Both the position numbers and the translations under genes were made by a program. 64,000 nt of DNA from Aquabacterium sp. A7-Y (lineage in GTDB: Bacteria; Pseudomonadota; Gammaproteobacteria; Burkholderiales; Burkholderiaceae_C). Location of the stretch: positions 32,315 to 96,314 of the forward strand of contig NZ_JAPFBW010000026.1 of NCBI RefSeq assembly GCF_026153205.1, written 5' to 3'. Every line of letters begins with the position of its first letter. The stretch's first letter is position 1. Below the pieces are notes generated by a model that saw only the letters and a program-made list of their open reading frames with translations, had not been told where the DNA came from and did no database searches. Below, piece by piece: positions 46,086 through 57,175 of this stretch.

Positions 46086-46337
46086 ATGGGTAGCAAGATT
46101 ATTGCCGCTATTGCCGCCATTGCCGCCCTAGGGGTCGCCGGCTTCGACGTGTACGTCACCTACATCAACCTGGTGGAAGCCTATGGCAGTGGCCCGCCCT
46201 ACTACGGCATGACGGAGAACATGGACAAGTGGGCCAGCCCGGTTGGCTTCTTGCTCATGTTCAACGCAGTCGCGCTCGTTCTCGTGTACGTGCTCGGCCG
46301 TTTGGCCTGGAAGCTGTGGAAGAAGCAGCCGTCGTAA
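46086..46337 (+). CDS. small two-TM membrane protein
   Basis: 83 aa ORF immediately after the tlde1-like pseudogene. Confidence 0.4.
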   Translation: MGSKIIAAIAAIAALGVAGFDVYVTYINLVEAYGSGPPYYGMTENMDKWASPVGFLLMFNAVALVLVYVLGRLAWKLWKKQPS

Positions 46338-46535
46338 GCCCGGCTATCTGCGCCATGTCACAACGACAGGTCGAGGACTCGTTCGACAAGATCGAGAACA
46401 AGACCGGCATCATCTTCCTGAAGGACTACTACGGTCCCGGGCTTTCCGGTGACACATTGACTTCTTTAACGGGTCGCGGATGACTGACTTGTCGTCCTGG
46501 TTCCGGATTGCTATCGGCTTCTCTATCCAGGGATA

Positions 46536-47024
46536 CTGGAGCGACTACAGGAAAGCCAAGGCCATCCGGTTTTGGCAGTTGGCATGAAACGGTTGCTCTA
46601 CACCGTCGCTGGCGGTGCCCTGTTTGCGGTGTTGTCCTACTTCCTGGTCGAGCTGTTCGCCCAGTGGTACGGCCCGAGGTACATCAAGTCGGACTCGGAC
46701 ATCGGCGACATCTACATGATCTCGCTCGGGTTCATGCTGGTGTGCCTGATCATCGGCGCGGTCTTTGGCTTCAAACTGGCGGGAAAGCGACCGAGCACCA
46801 CGAACAGCTAAGGACGCGCTGAACAACGGGCCCCTTGCCCCGAGCTGAGTCGAGCGAGCGTCACGGCAACGGAGCAAACGCCTTTGTCGGCGGCGCAAGA
46901 GGCCCCCTCGAACGCGGTCTGAGGCCTCGTTCGAGGCCTGCGTACCACTGCGGCAGACAGTACGTGCGCAGCATCTTGGGCACACCGATCCGTTGCCGGC
47001 CCACGCGACCACTCTTCGTATACA
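46536..47024. repeat. 489-bp direct repeat, copy A (about 99% identical to 53140-53628)
   Basis: Aligned by eye. The single amino-acid difference in the embedded ORF is D/N. Confidence 0.85.
46572..46811 (+). CDS. 79-aa two-TM membrane protein (copy A)
   Basis: Duplicate of the 53166-53405 ORF. Confidence 0.5.
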   Translation: MAVGMKRLLYTVAGGALFAVLSYFLVELFAQWYGPRYIKSDSDIGDIYMISLGFMLVCLIIGAVFGFKLAGKRPSTTNS

Positions 47025-48271
<1,247 letters not shown>

Positions 48272-48677
48272 GGCCGCGTCCACCGCCGGCCCATTAGAGG
48301 CAGGCCGAGGAGGAGGAGGAGCAGGACGGAAGCGGGTTCCAGAACGACCCGAGCGCTCCCCGTCACATAAAGCTCGTTCAACTCCGGCTGAATCCACGCC
48401 TGTTGAGCGTCGAGAAATGGCAGGGTCCCGAGGTTTTCAATGACCTGCGGGACAAGGGGCTTGAAGTAAGCCGTCACGGTGAAACTCGTGGCAGCCCCGA
48501 CCTGCTGCGCCGGGACCACCGTCGTGAAATTCATGGAGCAATGGCCGAGGAGAAAAGATCCGCGCAAAGGACTCAGCAACCGTGCGAGAAGCCCTGGGGA
48601 TCTGCCTGGCGGAACCAGGTGCGAAGGCGTGCAAACCCGGTCTCAAGTTGGCGTGCCAGCGGCCGTAAATAACGCTG

Positions 48678-50657
48678 GTGAGCCGTCTCTCCCGGTACCG
48701 TGCCGATTGCGGCGCGACGACACGCCTTGTTTTTATGCACCTGCCAGCCGCTGTCCGGACCTGCCACCGCGTGGCGATCCGCCTTACACGTTCGCATGCG
48801 GGCAAGCCGCATCCGGCCATCGCCAGCCTGCGCGCTGCGCTGCTGTGGCTGCTGGCCTGGCTCGCGACCGTGGCCGTCTCGGCGGCCTGCGCCCAACCGG
48901 TGGAGCTGTCGGCCTCCCGGGTCGGGACGCTGCTCGGCCAGGAGCTGCGCTACCTGGAGGACCCGGACGGGCGGCTCGACCTGGCGGCGGTCCGGGCCCG
49001 CGCCGACAGCATGCGGCCCAGCGAGCAGGCGGTGCCCAACTTCGGATACACCCGGACGACCTACTGGTTCCATGTGCGCTTGGTCAACCGCGACCCCCTG
49101 GTGACGCGCTGGTTGCTGGAAGCCCAGTACCCGCAGCTGGACGACGTGAGCTTCTACGCGCTGCGTGGCGACACGGTGGTCACCGCGTCGCGGGCCGGGC
49201 GGCTGTTTCCCTTCGGCCAACGCCAGGTCGAACACCGCAACCTGATCTACCCGCTCGAACTGGCCGAGGGCGAGGCGGTCGACATCTACCTGCGAGTCCA
49301 TACCCAGAGCTCGCTGCAGCTGCCGCTGCTGCTGAGCACGCCCGCCGCCTTGTTCACGCGCGACCTGAAAGTGCAACTCGCCCTCGGGCTCCTCTACGGC
49401 GTGCTGGTCGCGATGCTGGTGTTCAACCTGCTGGCCTACGTGCAGATCCGCCACCGGAGCTATCTGCACTACATGCAGTTCACCGGGAGCTATATGTTCT
49501 GCCAGCTGGCCATCAACGGGCTGGCGTTCCAATACCTGTGGCCCGACGCGCCGCGCTGGGCCGCCACGGCGCTGCCGGTTTTCGTCTGCATGTCGCTCGT
49601 GGGCATGCTCAACTTCAGCCGCTCCTTCCTCGATCTCGCGCATTGCCTGCCGAGGACGGACCGGCTGATGCGCGCGTATGCGCTCGCGCTGCTGCTGCTG
49701 GCCCTGGCGGCGCTGGTCACGCCTTACCGCATCGCCATCACGCTGGCGACGGTCAACGCCTTTTTCGTGTCCCTCGGCGTGTTCGCCGTCGCCGTCGTCG
49801 CCGTGTCGCGCGGCCTCAAGCAGGCGCGCTATTTCATGCTCGCGTGGGCCGCGCCGCTCGTCGGCATCGGGCTGTACCCGCTCAAGACCTTCGGCCTGCT
49901 GCCCAGCAACGTCCTGACCGAGTACGGGCTGCAGATCGGCTCCGCGGTCGAGGCGCTGCTGCTGTCGGCCGCCCTGCTGGACCGCATGAAGATCCTGAAG
50001 GAACAGAACGAACGCATCGAGGCCGATGCGCGACGCGACCTGGAGCAACGCGTGGCACAGCGCACCGAAGAGCTGAACGGCGCGCTGCGCGAGCTGTCGG
50101 ATGCCAACGCCGTGCTGCAGCAGATGAACGTGCTCGACGGTTTGACCGGGGTGAAGAACCGCAAGCATTTCGACGAGCGGCTGGACAGCGAATTGAAGAG
50201 CCAGGCCCGGACGGGCCGGCCGCTGTCGCTGCTACTGATCGACATCGACCACTTCAAGTCCGTCAACGACACGCACGGCCACCTGGCCGGAGATGCTTGC
50301 CTGCGCGCGGTCGCCGGGGCCATTGCGGCCTCTTTGTTCCGCCCGGGCGACGAGGTCTCGCGCTATGGTGGCGAGGAATTCGCGGTGGTGCTCCCCGAGA
50401 CGCCGGCGCCGGGCGCGGCGGCTCTGGCAGAGCGGATCCGCTCTGCGGTCGAGCAACTGCAGCTGCACTGGGAGCAGGGAGAGCGGATTCCGCTGACGGT
50501 CAGCATCGGCGTCGCCCAAGCGAAGCCCGGACAAGGCGCGGTCCCGCTGATCGCGACGGCTGACGCCCAGCTCTATCGCGCCAAGCACGAGGGCCGCAAC
50601 TGCGTCCGGACGGCGTCGGGCGAGGCGGGCGGCGTGGTGGTGCCGCTGCCGCGTTGA
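48678..50657 (+). CDS. diguanylate cyclase with 7TMR-DISM extracellular and 7TM sensor domains (GGDEF)
   Basis: Periplasmic domain, 7 TM helices, coiled coil, GGDEF domain with GGEEF. Start uncertain (48678 or 48735). Confidence 0.8.
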   Translation: MSRLSRYRADCGATTRLVFMHLPAAVRTCHRVAIRLTRSHAGKPHPAIASLRAALLWLLAWLATVAVSAACAQPVELSASRVGTLLGQELRYLEDPDGRLDLAAVRARADSMRPSEQAVPNFGYTRTTYWFHVRLVNRDPLVTRWLLEAQYPQLDDVSFYALRGDTVVTASRAGRLFPFGQRQVEHRNLIYPLELAEGEAVDIYLRVHTQSSLQLPLLLSTPAALFTRDLKVQLALGLLYGVLVAMLVFNLLAYVQIRHRSYLHYMQFTGSYMFCQLAINGLAFQYLWPDAPRWAATALPVFVCMSLVGMLNFSRSFLDLAHCLPRTDRLMRAYALALLLLALAALVTPYRIAITLATVNAFFVSLGVFAVAVVAVSRGLKQARYFMLAWAAPLVGIGLYPLKTFGLLPSNVLTEYGLQIGSAVEALLLSAALLDRMKILKEQNERIEADARRDLEQRVAQRTEELNGALRELSDANAVLQQMNVLDGLTGVKNRKHFDERLDSELKSQARTGRPLSLLLIDIDHFKSVNDTHGHLAGDACLRAVAGAIAASLFRPGDEVSRYGGEEFAVVLPETPAPGAAALAERIRSAVEQLQLHWEQGERIPLTVSIGVAQAKPGQGAVPLIATADAQLYRAKHEGRNCVRTASGEAGGVVVPLPR

Positions 50658-50993
50658 AGGCGGCCCGGCGCGACGCCTGTCGGCACGTGCCGCTGGTCAT
50701 GCGCCGAGGCAGCTTCTATGGTGAAGAGGGCTGCGCCTTCGATCACCCCATGCCTCCGATCCCGAGTGGCGACGGGTCTCAACGCAACAAGGCCCGGGCC
50801 AGGTGGCTGGAGCGCGTCGGGCTGGCGGAGCGAGCGGGCCCTGGCCGAGGGGGCCCGCCTGACCGCCGCGCATCCGCGGAGTGCGGTGCTGCGCATACAA
50901 TTCAGCCGCGCCCGCGGCGAGGACGGGCTGGGTCCGGTGCAGCGTGCAGGCGCTCAAGGCCTGCCTGGAGCAGGTGGGTAGGGAGTCTTCGAT

Positions 50994-51686
50994 ATGAATT
51001 ACACCCGCGCGGACCTGGCCGACCGACTAGCGGCCGAATACGTGCTCGGCACGCTCCACGGTCCGGCCCGCCACCGTTTCGAGGTGCTGTTGCCGGCCCA
51101 TCCGGTGTTGCGGCAGGCGGTGCGAGGCTGGGAGGCGCAGCTCGCACCGCTGATGCAAGCGGTGCCACCGGTCGAGCCTTCGCCCGAGGTGTGGCAACGT
51201 ATCGAGGCCGCGCTCGCGCGTCGGCACGCGGTCACCTCACCGGCGCGAGCGCCAGCGCAGCGGCGTTGGAACTCACTGGTGCTGTGGCGCGGCTGGGCGC
51301 TGTTCGCCAGTGCGGTGACAGCCTGCCTGACCTTGCTGCTGACCCGACCGCCGCCGTCGCGCCCCCCGCTCGTGGTCGTGCTGACGGCGCCGGAGGGCGC
51401 GCAGTCTTTTGTCGCGGGCATCAATGCCGACCGCCGCAGCATGGAAGTGCGGCCATTGGTGCACGTGACCCCGCCCTCCGGCCGCGATTTGCAGCTGTGG
51501 GTGCTGCCGCCGGGCGGTGCACCGCGCTCGCTGGGCCTGATCTCGCCGGACCGTGCCACCGTGCTGCGGCATCCCCCGCCGCCTCGCGGCGCCGACACGC
51601 TCGCGGTGACGCTGGAACCCGCAGGGGGCTCCCCGAGCGGCGCGCCGACCGGGCCCGTCCTCTACAGCGGAAGGCTGCAGCTCTGA
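50994..51686 (+). CDS. anti-sigma factor (RskA-like), orphan
   Basis: N-terminal anti-sigma helix (LAAEYVLGTL), central TM, periplasmic C-domain. No sigma factor gene is adjacent. Confidence 0.55.
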   Translation: MNYTRADLADRLAAEYVLGTLHGPARHRFEVLLPAHPVLRQAVRGWEAQLAPLMQAVPPVEPSPEVWQRIEAALARRHAVTSPARAPAQRRWNSLVLWRGWALFASAVTACLTLLLTRPPPSRPPLVVVLTAPEGAQSFVAGINADRRSMEVRPLVHVTPPSGRDLQLWVLPPGGAPRSLGLISPDRATVLRHPPPPRGADTLAVTLEPAGGSPSGAPTGPVLYSGRLQL

Positions 51687-51704
51687 GGGGTCGCGCGAAA
51701 AAGC

Positions 51705-51727
51705 AAACCCGCCAGGGGCGGGTTTCT
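51705..51727 (+). terminator. terminator-like hairpin AAACCCGCCaggGGCGGGTTT with weak U-tract
   Basis: Read directly after the anti-sigma gene stop. Confidence 0.4.
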
Positions 51728-51845
51728 CAGAGAGACGGGGTCACTCAGAGAGACGGGGTCAGGCCTTAAATTAAATCTTAACTGCTACGCCTTGCGAGGA
51801 CACCCGCCGGGATCGATGGGATGCGGGACTTCAAATTTAAGGCCT

Positions 51846-53100
51846 CGTATCTTGACCAAGCCGACCCGGAATGCATCGATGGCAAGATGGAGTCGGCCGG
51901 CCAGGGTGATGCCGATTAGGCTTTGGGCCATGAGTTGAACAACTCGGGAGCCCGTGGGTCAGATAGGACAGCCTTGGCCGTTCTTCGTTCACGAGACCGA
52001 ACGGTAACTTGAGCCGGCGTCGACGGCAGTGCGACCAGAGCTCGCATACGAGGATGGTCGGCAATGGAGAACTCGATTCAGTTCTGGCTGGGCATCGACG
52101 TGTCCAAGCGCAAGTTGGATGTAGCGCTGCTGGATGCGCGCGGCAAGTTCAGGTCGCGCAGCGTTCCAAACGACGCCAGTGGCTTTGCTCAATTGATGAA
52201 GTGGCTGCAAGAACGGGCGGCGACGCCTGGCACGTGTCATGTCTGCATGGAGGCCACCGGCCCCTATAGCGAAGCCTGTGCCACGTCGCTGAGCGATGCA
52301 GGCTGGCTCGTCAGTGTCGTCAATCCACTGCGCGTCAAAGGCTTCGCGCAAAGTGAGCTCCTGCGCAACAAGAACGACCGCGCGGACGCGCAGTTGCTCG
52401 CGCGCTTCTGCTCCAAGCATGCGCCTGAGCGCTGGGTCGCGGCGCCTGCACACGTGCGTCATTTGCGGGCCCTGGTTGATCGCCTGCAAGTCCTCAAAGA
52501 CATGGTGCAGCAGGAATCGAATCGACTCGAGGCACTCGATAACGATGCCATGTTGCGACAGTCGATCGGCGAGCACATTCAGTGGCTCAAGCGCTGCATG
52601 GCCGATCTGCAGCGGCAGATCGACGATCACATCGATGGGAATCCCGATCTGCGCGAGGACGCGGCGCTGATGCAAAGCATCCCGGGATTGGGACCTGTGA
52701 CGGCTGCCAAGGTCCTCGCCTACCTCGGCGATGTGCGCCGCTTCGGCAATGCCAAAGCGCTGGCCGCGTTCCTGGGGGTGACACCAAGGCAGCGGCAGTC
52801 GGGCACATCGATCAACGGGCGAACGATGCTGAGTCGCAGCGGTCATGCGGCGATGCGCACCGCGCTGTACATGCCGGCAGTCGTCGCGATGCAGCACAAC
52901 CGGGCGGTCAAGGCTTTCGGCGACCGTCTGCGTTCTCAGGGGATGGCACCTAAAGCCGTCATCGGCGCTTGTATGCACAAGCTCGCGCTGCTGATCTTCG
53001 GTGTCGTTCGCTCGGGCAAGGCTTTCGATGTCAGTTTGGCAATGCCCAAGCTTGACTTTCAAGACGGTATCTGACCCCGATGCCCGCCGATGCCCGATGC
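51846..53100 (+). mobile_element. IS110-family insertion sequence (ends approximate)
   Basis: Intact IS110-type transposase gene with a roughly 200-bp 5' leader. Confidence 0.5.
52064..53074 (+). CDS. IS110-family transposase
   Basis: N-terminal DEDD-type domain (WLGIDVSKRKLDVAL) and C-terminal IS110 domain. 336 aa. Confidence 0.85.
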   Translation: MENSIQFWLGIDVSKRKLDVALLDARGKFRSRSVPNDASGFAQLMKWLQERAATPGTCHVCMEATGPYSEACATSLSDAGWLVSVVNPLRVKGFAQSELLRNKNDRADAQLLARFCSKHAPERWVAAPAHVRHLRALVDRLQVLKDMVQQESNRLEALDNDAMLRQSIGEHIQWLKRCMADLQRQIDDHIDGNPDLREDAALMQSIPGLGPVTAAKVLAYLGDVRRFGNAKALAAFLGVTPRQRQSGTSINGRTMLSRSGHAAMRTALYMPAVVAMQHNRAVKAFGDRLRSQGMAPKAVIGACMHKLALLIFGVVRSGKAFDVSLAMPKLDFQDGI

Positions 53101-53139
53101 CGATGCTGACCTGACCCCGATGCTGACCCCTGGAGCGAC

Positions 53140-53628
53140 TACAGGAAAGCCAAGGCCATCCGGTTTTGGCAGTTGGCATGAAACGGTTGCTCTACACCGT
53201 CGCTGGCGGTGCCCTGTTTGCGGTGTTGTCCTACTTCCTGGTCGAGCTGTTCGCCCAGTGGTACGGCCCGAGGTACATCAAGTCGGACTCGGACATCGGC
53301 AACATCTACATGATCTCGCTCGGGTTCATGCTGGTGTGCCTGATCATCGGCGCGGTCTTTGGCTTCAAACTGGCGGGAAAGCGACCGAGCACCACGAACA
53401 GCTAAGGACGCGCTGAACAACGGGCCCCTTGCCCCGAGCTGAGTCGAGCGAGCGTCACGGCAACGGAGCAAACGCCTTTGTCGGCGGCGCAAGAGGCCCC
53501 CTCGAACGCGGTCTGAGGCCTCGTTCGAGGCCTGCGTACCACTGCGGCAGACAGTACGTGCGCAGCATCTTGGGCACACCGATCCGTTGCCGGCCCACAC
53601 GACCACTCTTCGTATACAGCGGCTCGAT
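53140..53628. repeat. 489-bp direct repeat, copy B
   Basis: See copy A. Confidence 0.85.
53166..53405 (+). CDS. 79-aa two-TM membrane protein (copy B)
   Basis: Differs from copy A by one residue. Confidence 0.5.
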   Translation: MAVGMKRLLYTVAGGALFAVLSYFLVELFAQWYGPRYIKSDSDIGNIYMISLGFMLVCLIIGAVFGFKLAGKRPSTTNS

Positions 53629-53710
53629 CCCCGCCATCAGCCGCGCCCCATGGCACGATGCGCTCCATCTCGGCGAGAAACTTCTCGCACCGCGTGCGCT
53701 TTTTCTTCAT
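53629..53710 (-). pseudogene. IS5/IS1182-family transposase, first ~27 codons only (truncated at the repeat B boundary)
   Basis: MKKKRTRCEKFLAEMERIVPW matches the characteristic IS5-family N-terminus (R.RFL.EME..VPW). Confidence 0.45.
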
Positions 53711-54149
53711 CGCATAGTCGGCGCTGGCAAAGCTACGTTGGCTCGTGGTCGTTCAGGACTGCACTTCGAGGCGCTCACGCATGCATGTGTCATGCCGGCT
53801 GCGGCGGATTGATGAGCGTCTCCTTGACGATCCTGTGGCGGCGGGCGCACCCACGTCCCGGGATCCAGGCGGGACGCGCCTGCCCTCAGTTCCTGCCGTC
53901 GCAATCAGTGATCTACCGGGCGACACAGCGCCTCGACGCCGAGAGCTGGCTGATGAAGCGGACGTAGAGAACGGCCCACCACCGGACGTGAGCACACGCA
54001 GCGCGCATGCCATCCTTGGAGCTTGAGGACATCGACTTCATGAGCAAATCTTTCTCAGTCCCGCCTCACAGCCGCCCCCGTTTCGTTTGTGCGCTTTTCG
54101 TTTGTTTCGATTAGAATGCGTGACCATCGAACCTGCCCCGGAACACGTC

Positions 54150-54617
54150 ATGACCCAGGCTCCGACCCTCGAAACCTCGCTGCCCGTCGAACGCGAGGTC
54201 GCGGCGGCCATGGAGAGCCAGCGCGCGCTGGCCGCCTACCTCAGCACCCAATTCGAGACCCAGCGCATCCAGATCTTCGATGAGAAGAACCAGGCTCATC
54301 AGGTCGAACTGCCAACGTCTGCCCTGCGCCTGCTGGTCGACATCCTGTCGGAGCTGGCTGATGGCAATGCCGTGAAGGTCGTGCCGATCCACGCTGAGCT
54401 GACGACCCAGGAGGCCGCCGACATGCTGAACGTGTCGCGCCCGCACCTTGTGAAGCTGCTGGAGAGCGGAGCGCTGCCGTTTCACAAGGCCGGAAAGCAT
54501 CGGCGCATCCGCTTTGCCGATCTGATGGCCTTCAAGGCCGAGCGTGACCATGCCAGCGCTGACGCGATGGAAGAACTGGCGAAGCAAGCCCAGGAGTTCC
54601 GACTGGGCTACGAATGA
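54150..54617 (+). CDS. excisionase/MerR-like HTH domain protein (putative antitoxin)
   Basis: HTH_17-like segment LTTQEAADMLNVSRPHLVKLLESGALPFHKAGKHRRIRFADL. ATGA overlap with the PIN gene. Confidence 0.6.
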   Translation: MTQAPTLETSLPVEREVAAAMESQRALAAYLSTQFETQRIQIFDEKNQAHQVELPTSALRLLVDILSELADGNAVKVVPIHAELTTQEAADMLNVSRPHLVKLLESGALPFHKAGKHRRIRFADLMAFKAERDHASADAMEELAKQAQEFRLGYE

Positions 54618-55189
54618 GGAACTCGTCGTTTACCGCGGTCTACGACGCCTGCGTGCTCTATCCTGCGCCACTGAGGGACTTCCTAATGTGGCTCGGCTTG
54701 TCTGGGCGATTTCGTGCGCGCTGGAGCACGCAGATCCACGACGAGTGGAAGCGCAACCTGCTGAAGAACCGCCCGGACCTCACGGCCGAGCAACTCGATC
54801 GGACCTCTAACTTGATGGACCGGGCAATCGCCGACGCGCCAGTCACAGGGTACGAGCCCCTGGTCGCCAGCCTCACCCTTCCCGACCCCGATGATCGGCA
54901 TGTTCTCGCAGCCGCGATTCGCTGCCACGCCAGCGTGATCGTGACCTTCAACGAGAAGGACTTTCCGGCCGACGTGCTGGAGTCGTTCGGGCTCGAGGCC
55001 CAGCACCCCGACGTGTTCGTCGAGAACCTCTTCGATCTCGATCAAGCTGCCGTCGTCGCTGCTGCCCAACGACAGCGGCAGCAGCTCAAGAACCCGCCGA
55101 TGGATGTCGACCGCTATCTCGACGTCCTGCTCAAGCAGGGTCTTGCCCAGACCGTGAAGGGGCTCTCAGCGTTTCGAGGTGTGCTTTGA
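54614..55189 (+). CDS. PIN-domain protein (putative toxin)
   Basis: PIN-like acidic residues (YDACVLYPA..., D...). 191 aa. Confidence 0.6.
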   Translation: MRNSSFTAVYDACVLYPAPLRDFLMWLGLSGRFRARWSTQIHDEWKRNLLKNRPDLTAEQLDRTSNLMDRAIADAPVTGYEPLVASLTLPDPDDRHVLAAAIRCHASVIVTFNEKDFPADVLESFGLEAQHPDVFVENLFDLDQAAVVAAAQRQRQQLKNPPMDVDRYLDVLLKQGLAQTVKGLSAFRGVL

Positions 55190-55438
55190 ACCGATGCAAG
55201 GCCACTACCAGGACAAGGCTCAGTGAGAACGAACGTCGCCTTTGTGTTGATAAGAAGAGTTAACGTCGCACGCTATACGAAACCCTGAGTTCCGCCAACA
55301 GATCGGTCAGCGGCTGCTTGAAGAGCGGACGCGGCTCGGTGACCCGTCCTGAATGGCGTTGACACCCAAGACGGTTGAAGACGACCAGACTAGCTGGTCA
55401 AGGACGCCCGGTGGACTGCGGGGCAAGCCCAAGGGGAG

Positions 55439-55690
55439 CTACTTCGCCTTCGATGCGCGACGCCCGGTGGTCACGTGATCCTCCACCATCCCGATGAGCG
55501 TGCGCGGAGGGATCTCCAGGGCGTTCGCAAGCGCAAAGATGGTGACCAGACTGGGCACCGACTCCCCTCGCTCCACGCGACTGAGGTGTCTCCAATTCAT
55601 CCCGGATCGCAGCGCCAGGTCACTGAGCGTGAGGCCTTGCTGCTGACGCTCAGCGCGAACGACGGCGCCAAATGCCTCGGTGACGTTCAT
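55439..55690 (-). CDS. XRE-family HTH regulator (Cro/CI-like)
   Basis: HTH (LTLSDLALRSGMNWRHLSRVERGE). Confidence 0.7.
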   Translation of the reverse strand: MNVTEAFGAVVRAERQQQGLTLSDLALRSGMNWRHLSRVERGESVPSLVTIFALANALEIPPRTLIGMVEDHVTTGRRASKAK

Positions 55691-55772
55691 GACCTTGCCA
55701 GCAAAAAAGTGCTGGCCATTCTGTTGGGACTGGCGCTACCATCTTCCACATCCATGTGGAGCACGTCCAGCG

Positions 55773-56147
55773 ATGAGCACGACCGAACAGCGCCCCTCCT
55801 CGGCCGCCGGCCGAGCCCTGCCCGACGTCGATGTCGACGCAGTGATACAAGTGATCGACAACTGGGCGGGGGGCCAACTCTCCTGGCCCTCCGTTGCGAA
55901 GGCTGTCGAAAGGCAGACCGGCAAGCGATACAGCCGAGTCGCCTTGCAGCGGCACAAGCGGGTACAACTTGCGTTCGCGATCAAGACGGCGACGATGCTG
56001 GAACGGCCCACAGGAAAGTCTCGCCTTGAGTCGGAGCTGGCGACAGCGAAGGAGCGTATCGCCAAGCAGGAAATGGCCATCGCGCGCCTCTTGCTCGAAA
56101 ACTGCAGGTTGAGGGAGCAGGTGCGGCGCCAGTTGGGGTTGAACTGA
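55773..56147 (+). CDS. hypothetical protein with C-terminal coiled coil
   Basis: ORF divergent from the XRE gene. Internal Met chosen as start. Confidence 0.35.
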   Translation: MSTTEQRPSSAAGRALPDVDVDAVIQVIDNWAGGQLSWPSVAKAVERQTGKRYSRVALQRHKRVQLAFAIKTATMLERPTGKSRLESELATAKERIAKQEMAIARLLLENCRLREQVRRQLGLN

Positions 56148-56203
56148 CCGTTGCGTTGAAAGGCGTCTCGAAGACGAAACACGTGCCGTGACCCTTGTTG
56201 CGA

Positions 56204-56506
56204 CTACTTGACGTCCTCCGGCGCGCAACGCCCGGCGGCCACCTGATCCTCGACCATCCCGATGAGCGTGTCCAAGGGCCGTTCAAGGGCCGCCGCGAGA
56301 GCGGTGATAGTGGGCAGGCCGGGCACGCACTCGCCTCGCTCCAACCGACCGAGGTATCTTGGCTTCATTCCAGAACGGACGGCAAGGTCAAGCCGGGTCA
56401 TACCTTGCCGCTGGCGTTCATTGCGAACAACGGCACCGAACGCCTTAGCGAGGGCCGTGGGTTTCCAGGTCTGGAGCGATGGCAACTCTTTTGAGCGAGC
56501 GGGCAT
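56204..56506 (-). CDS. XRE-family HTH regulator, paralog of the 55439-55690 product
   Basis: AFGAVVRNERQRQGMTRLDLAVRSGM...TLIGMVEDQV is nearly co-linear with the paralog. Confidence 0.7.
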   Translation of the reverse strand: MPARSKELPSLQTWKPTALAKAFGAVVRNERQRQGMTRLDLAVRSGMKPRYLGRLERGECVPGLPTITALAAALERPLDTLIGMVEDQVAAGRCAPEDVK

Positions 56507-56964
56507 TGCCTATCACCTTCGCGCGATGCAGGGACGGGGAACGAGCCACAACCAGATTGGCGAGGCTGTCGAGGACAGACCCGGGGAGAAGTGTGTCACG
56601 GCGCGAGGAATGCACTACATGCAGTGCAGTACTGCGAGCTACTTCGTACCGGTTAGAGAAGCCTCAAGATTCGGGCACCGCCATACGCGACGATACGGCC
56701 GACGGCAGTACAGCTGTTGCGGCTCCAAAGCAGACGCTCAACGTTCGACATAGGGGCGAACGCAAGTGAGCGAAGCCCGCTTGTGGACGTCCCCTCGATG
56801 GAGGGGTTCGGCCTCGGGTCCCTTTCTCGTACGAACGAGCGCATTCAGTGCTCGCACGCCACGTTCCCAAATCTCGGGAAGGGGAGGTGACGCGCCCGGA
56901 GGGCACGCATACATTCCAGGCGTCTACTCCTGAGTCGCGGGTCAACTCCCGCGACGAAGACGAG

Positions 56965-56999
56965 CGCCACCAGGCTTGCCGGCCTCGGTGGCGTTTTTG
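56965..56999 (+). terminator. rho-independent terminator CGCCACCAGGCttgccgGCCTCGGTGGCG plus T5
   Basis: Read directly. No annotated gene upstream on the same strand. Confidence 0.45.
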
Positions 57000-57175
57000 T
57001 TGGTGCGATGCTTTCCTGTGGTCCGACCGTGCCACTCGCGCAAACTCGGGACGACAGCCGGTGACGCTGCGCTCACGCCTCTCAGGAAATCTCTCCCGTT
57101 AGCTCCGCCCGCGGCGGGGTGAACCGCTTTAAACTACACACCAATGCTTGATAAGAACAGTTAACGTCGCACGCT

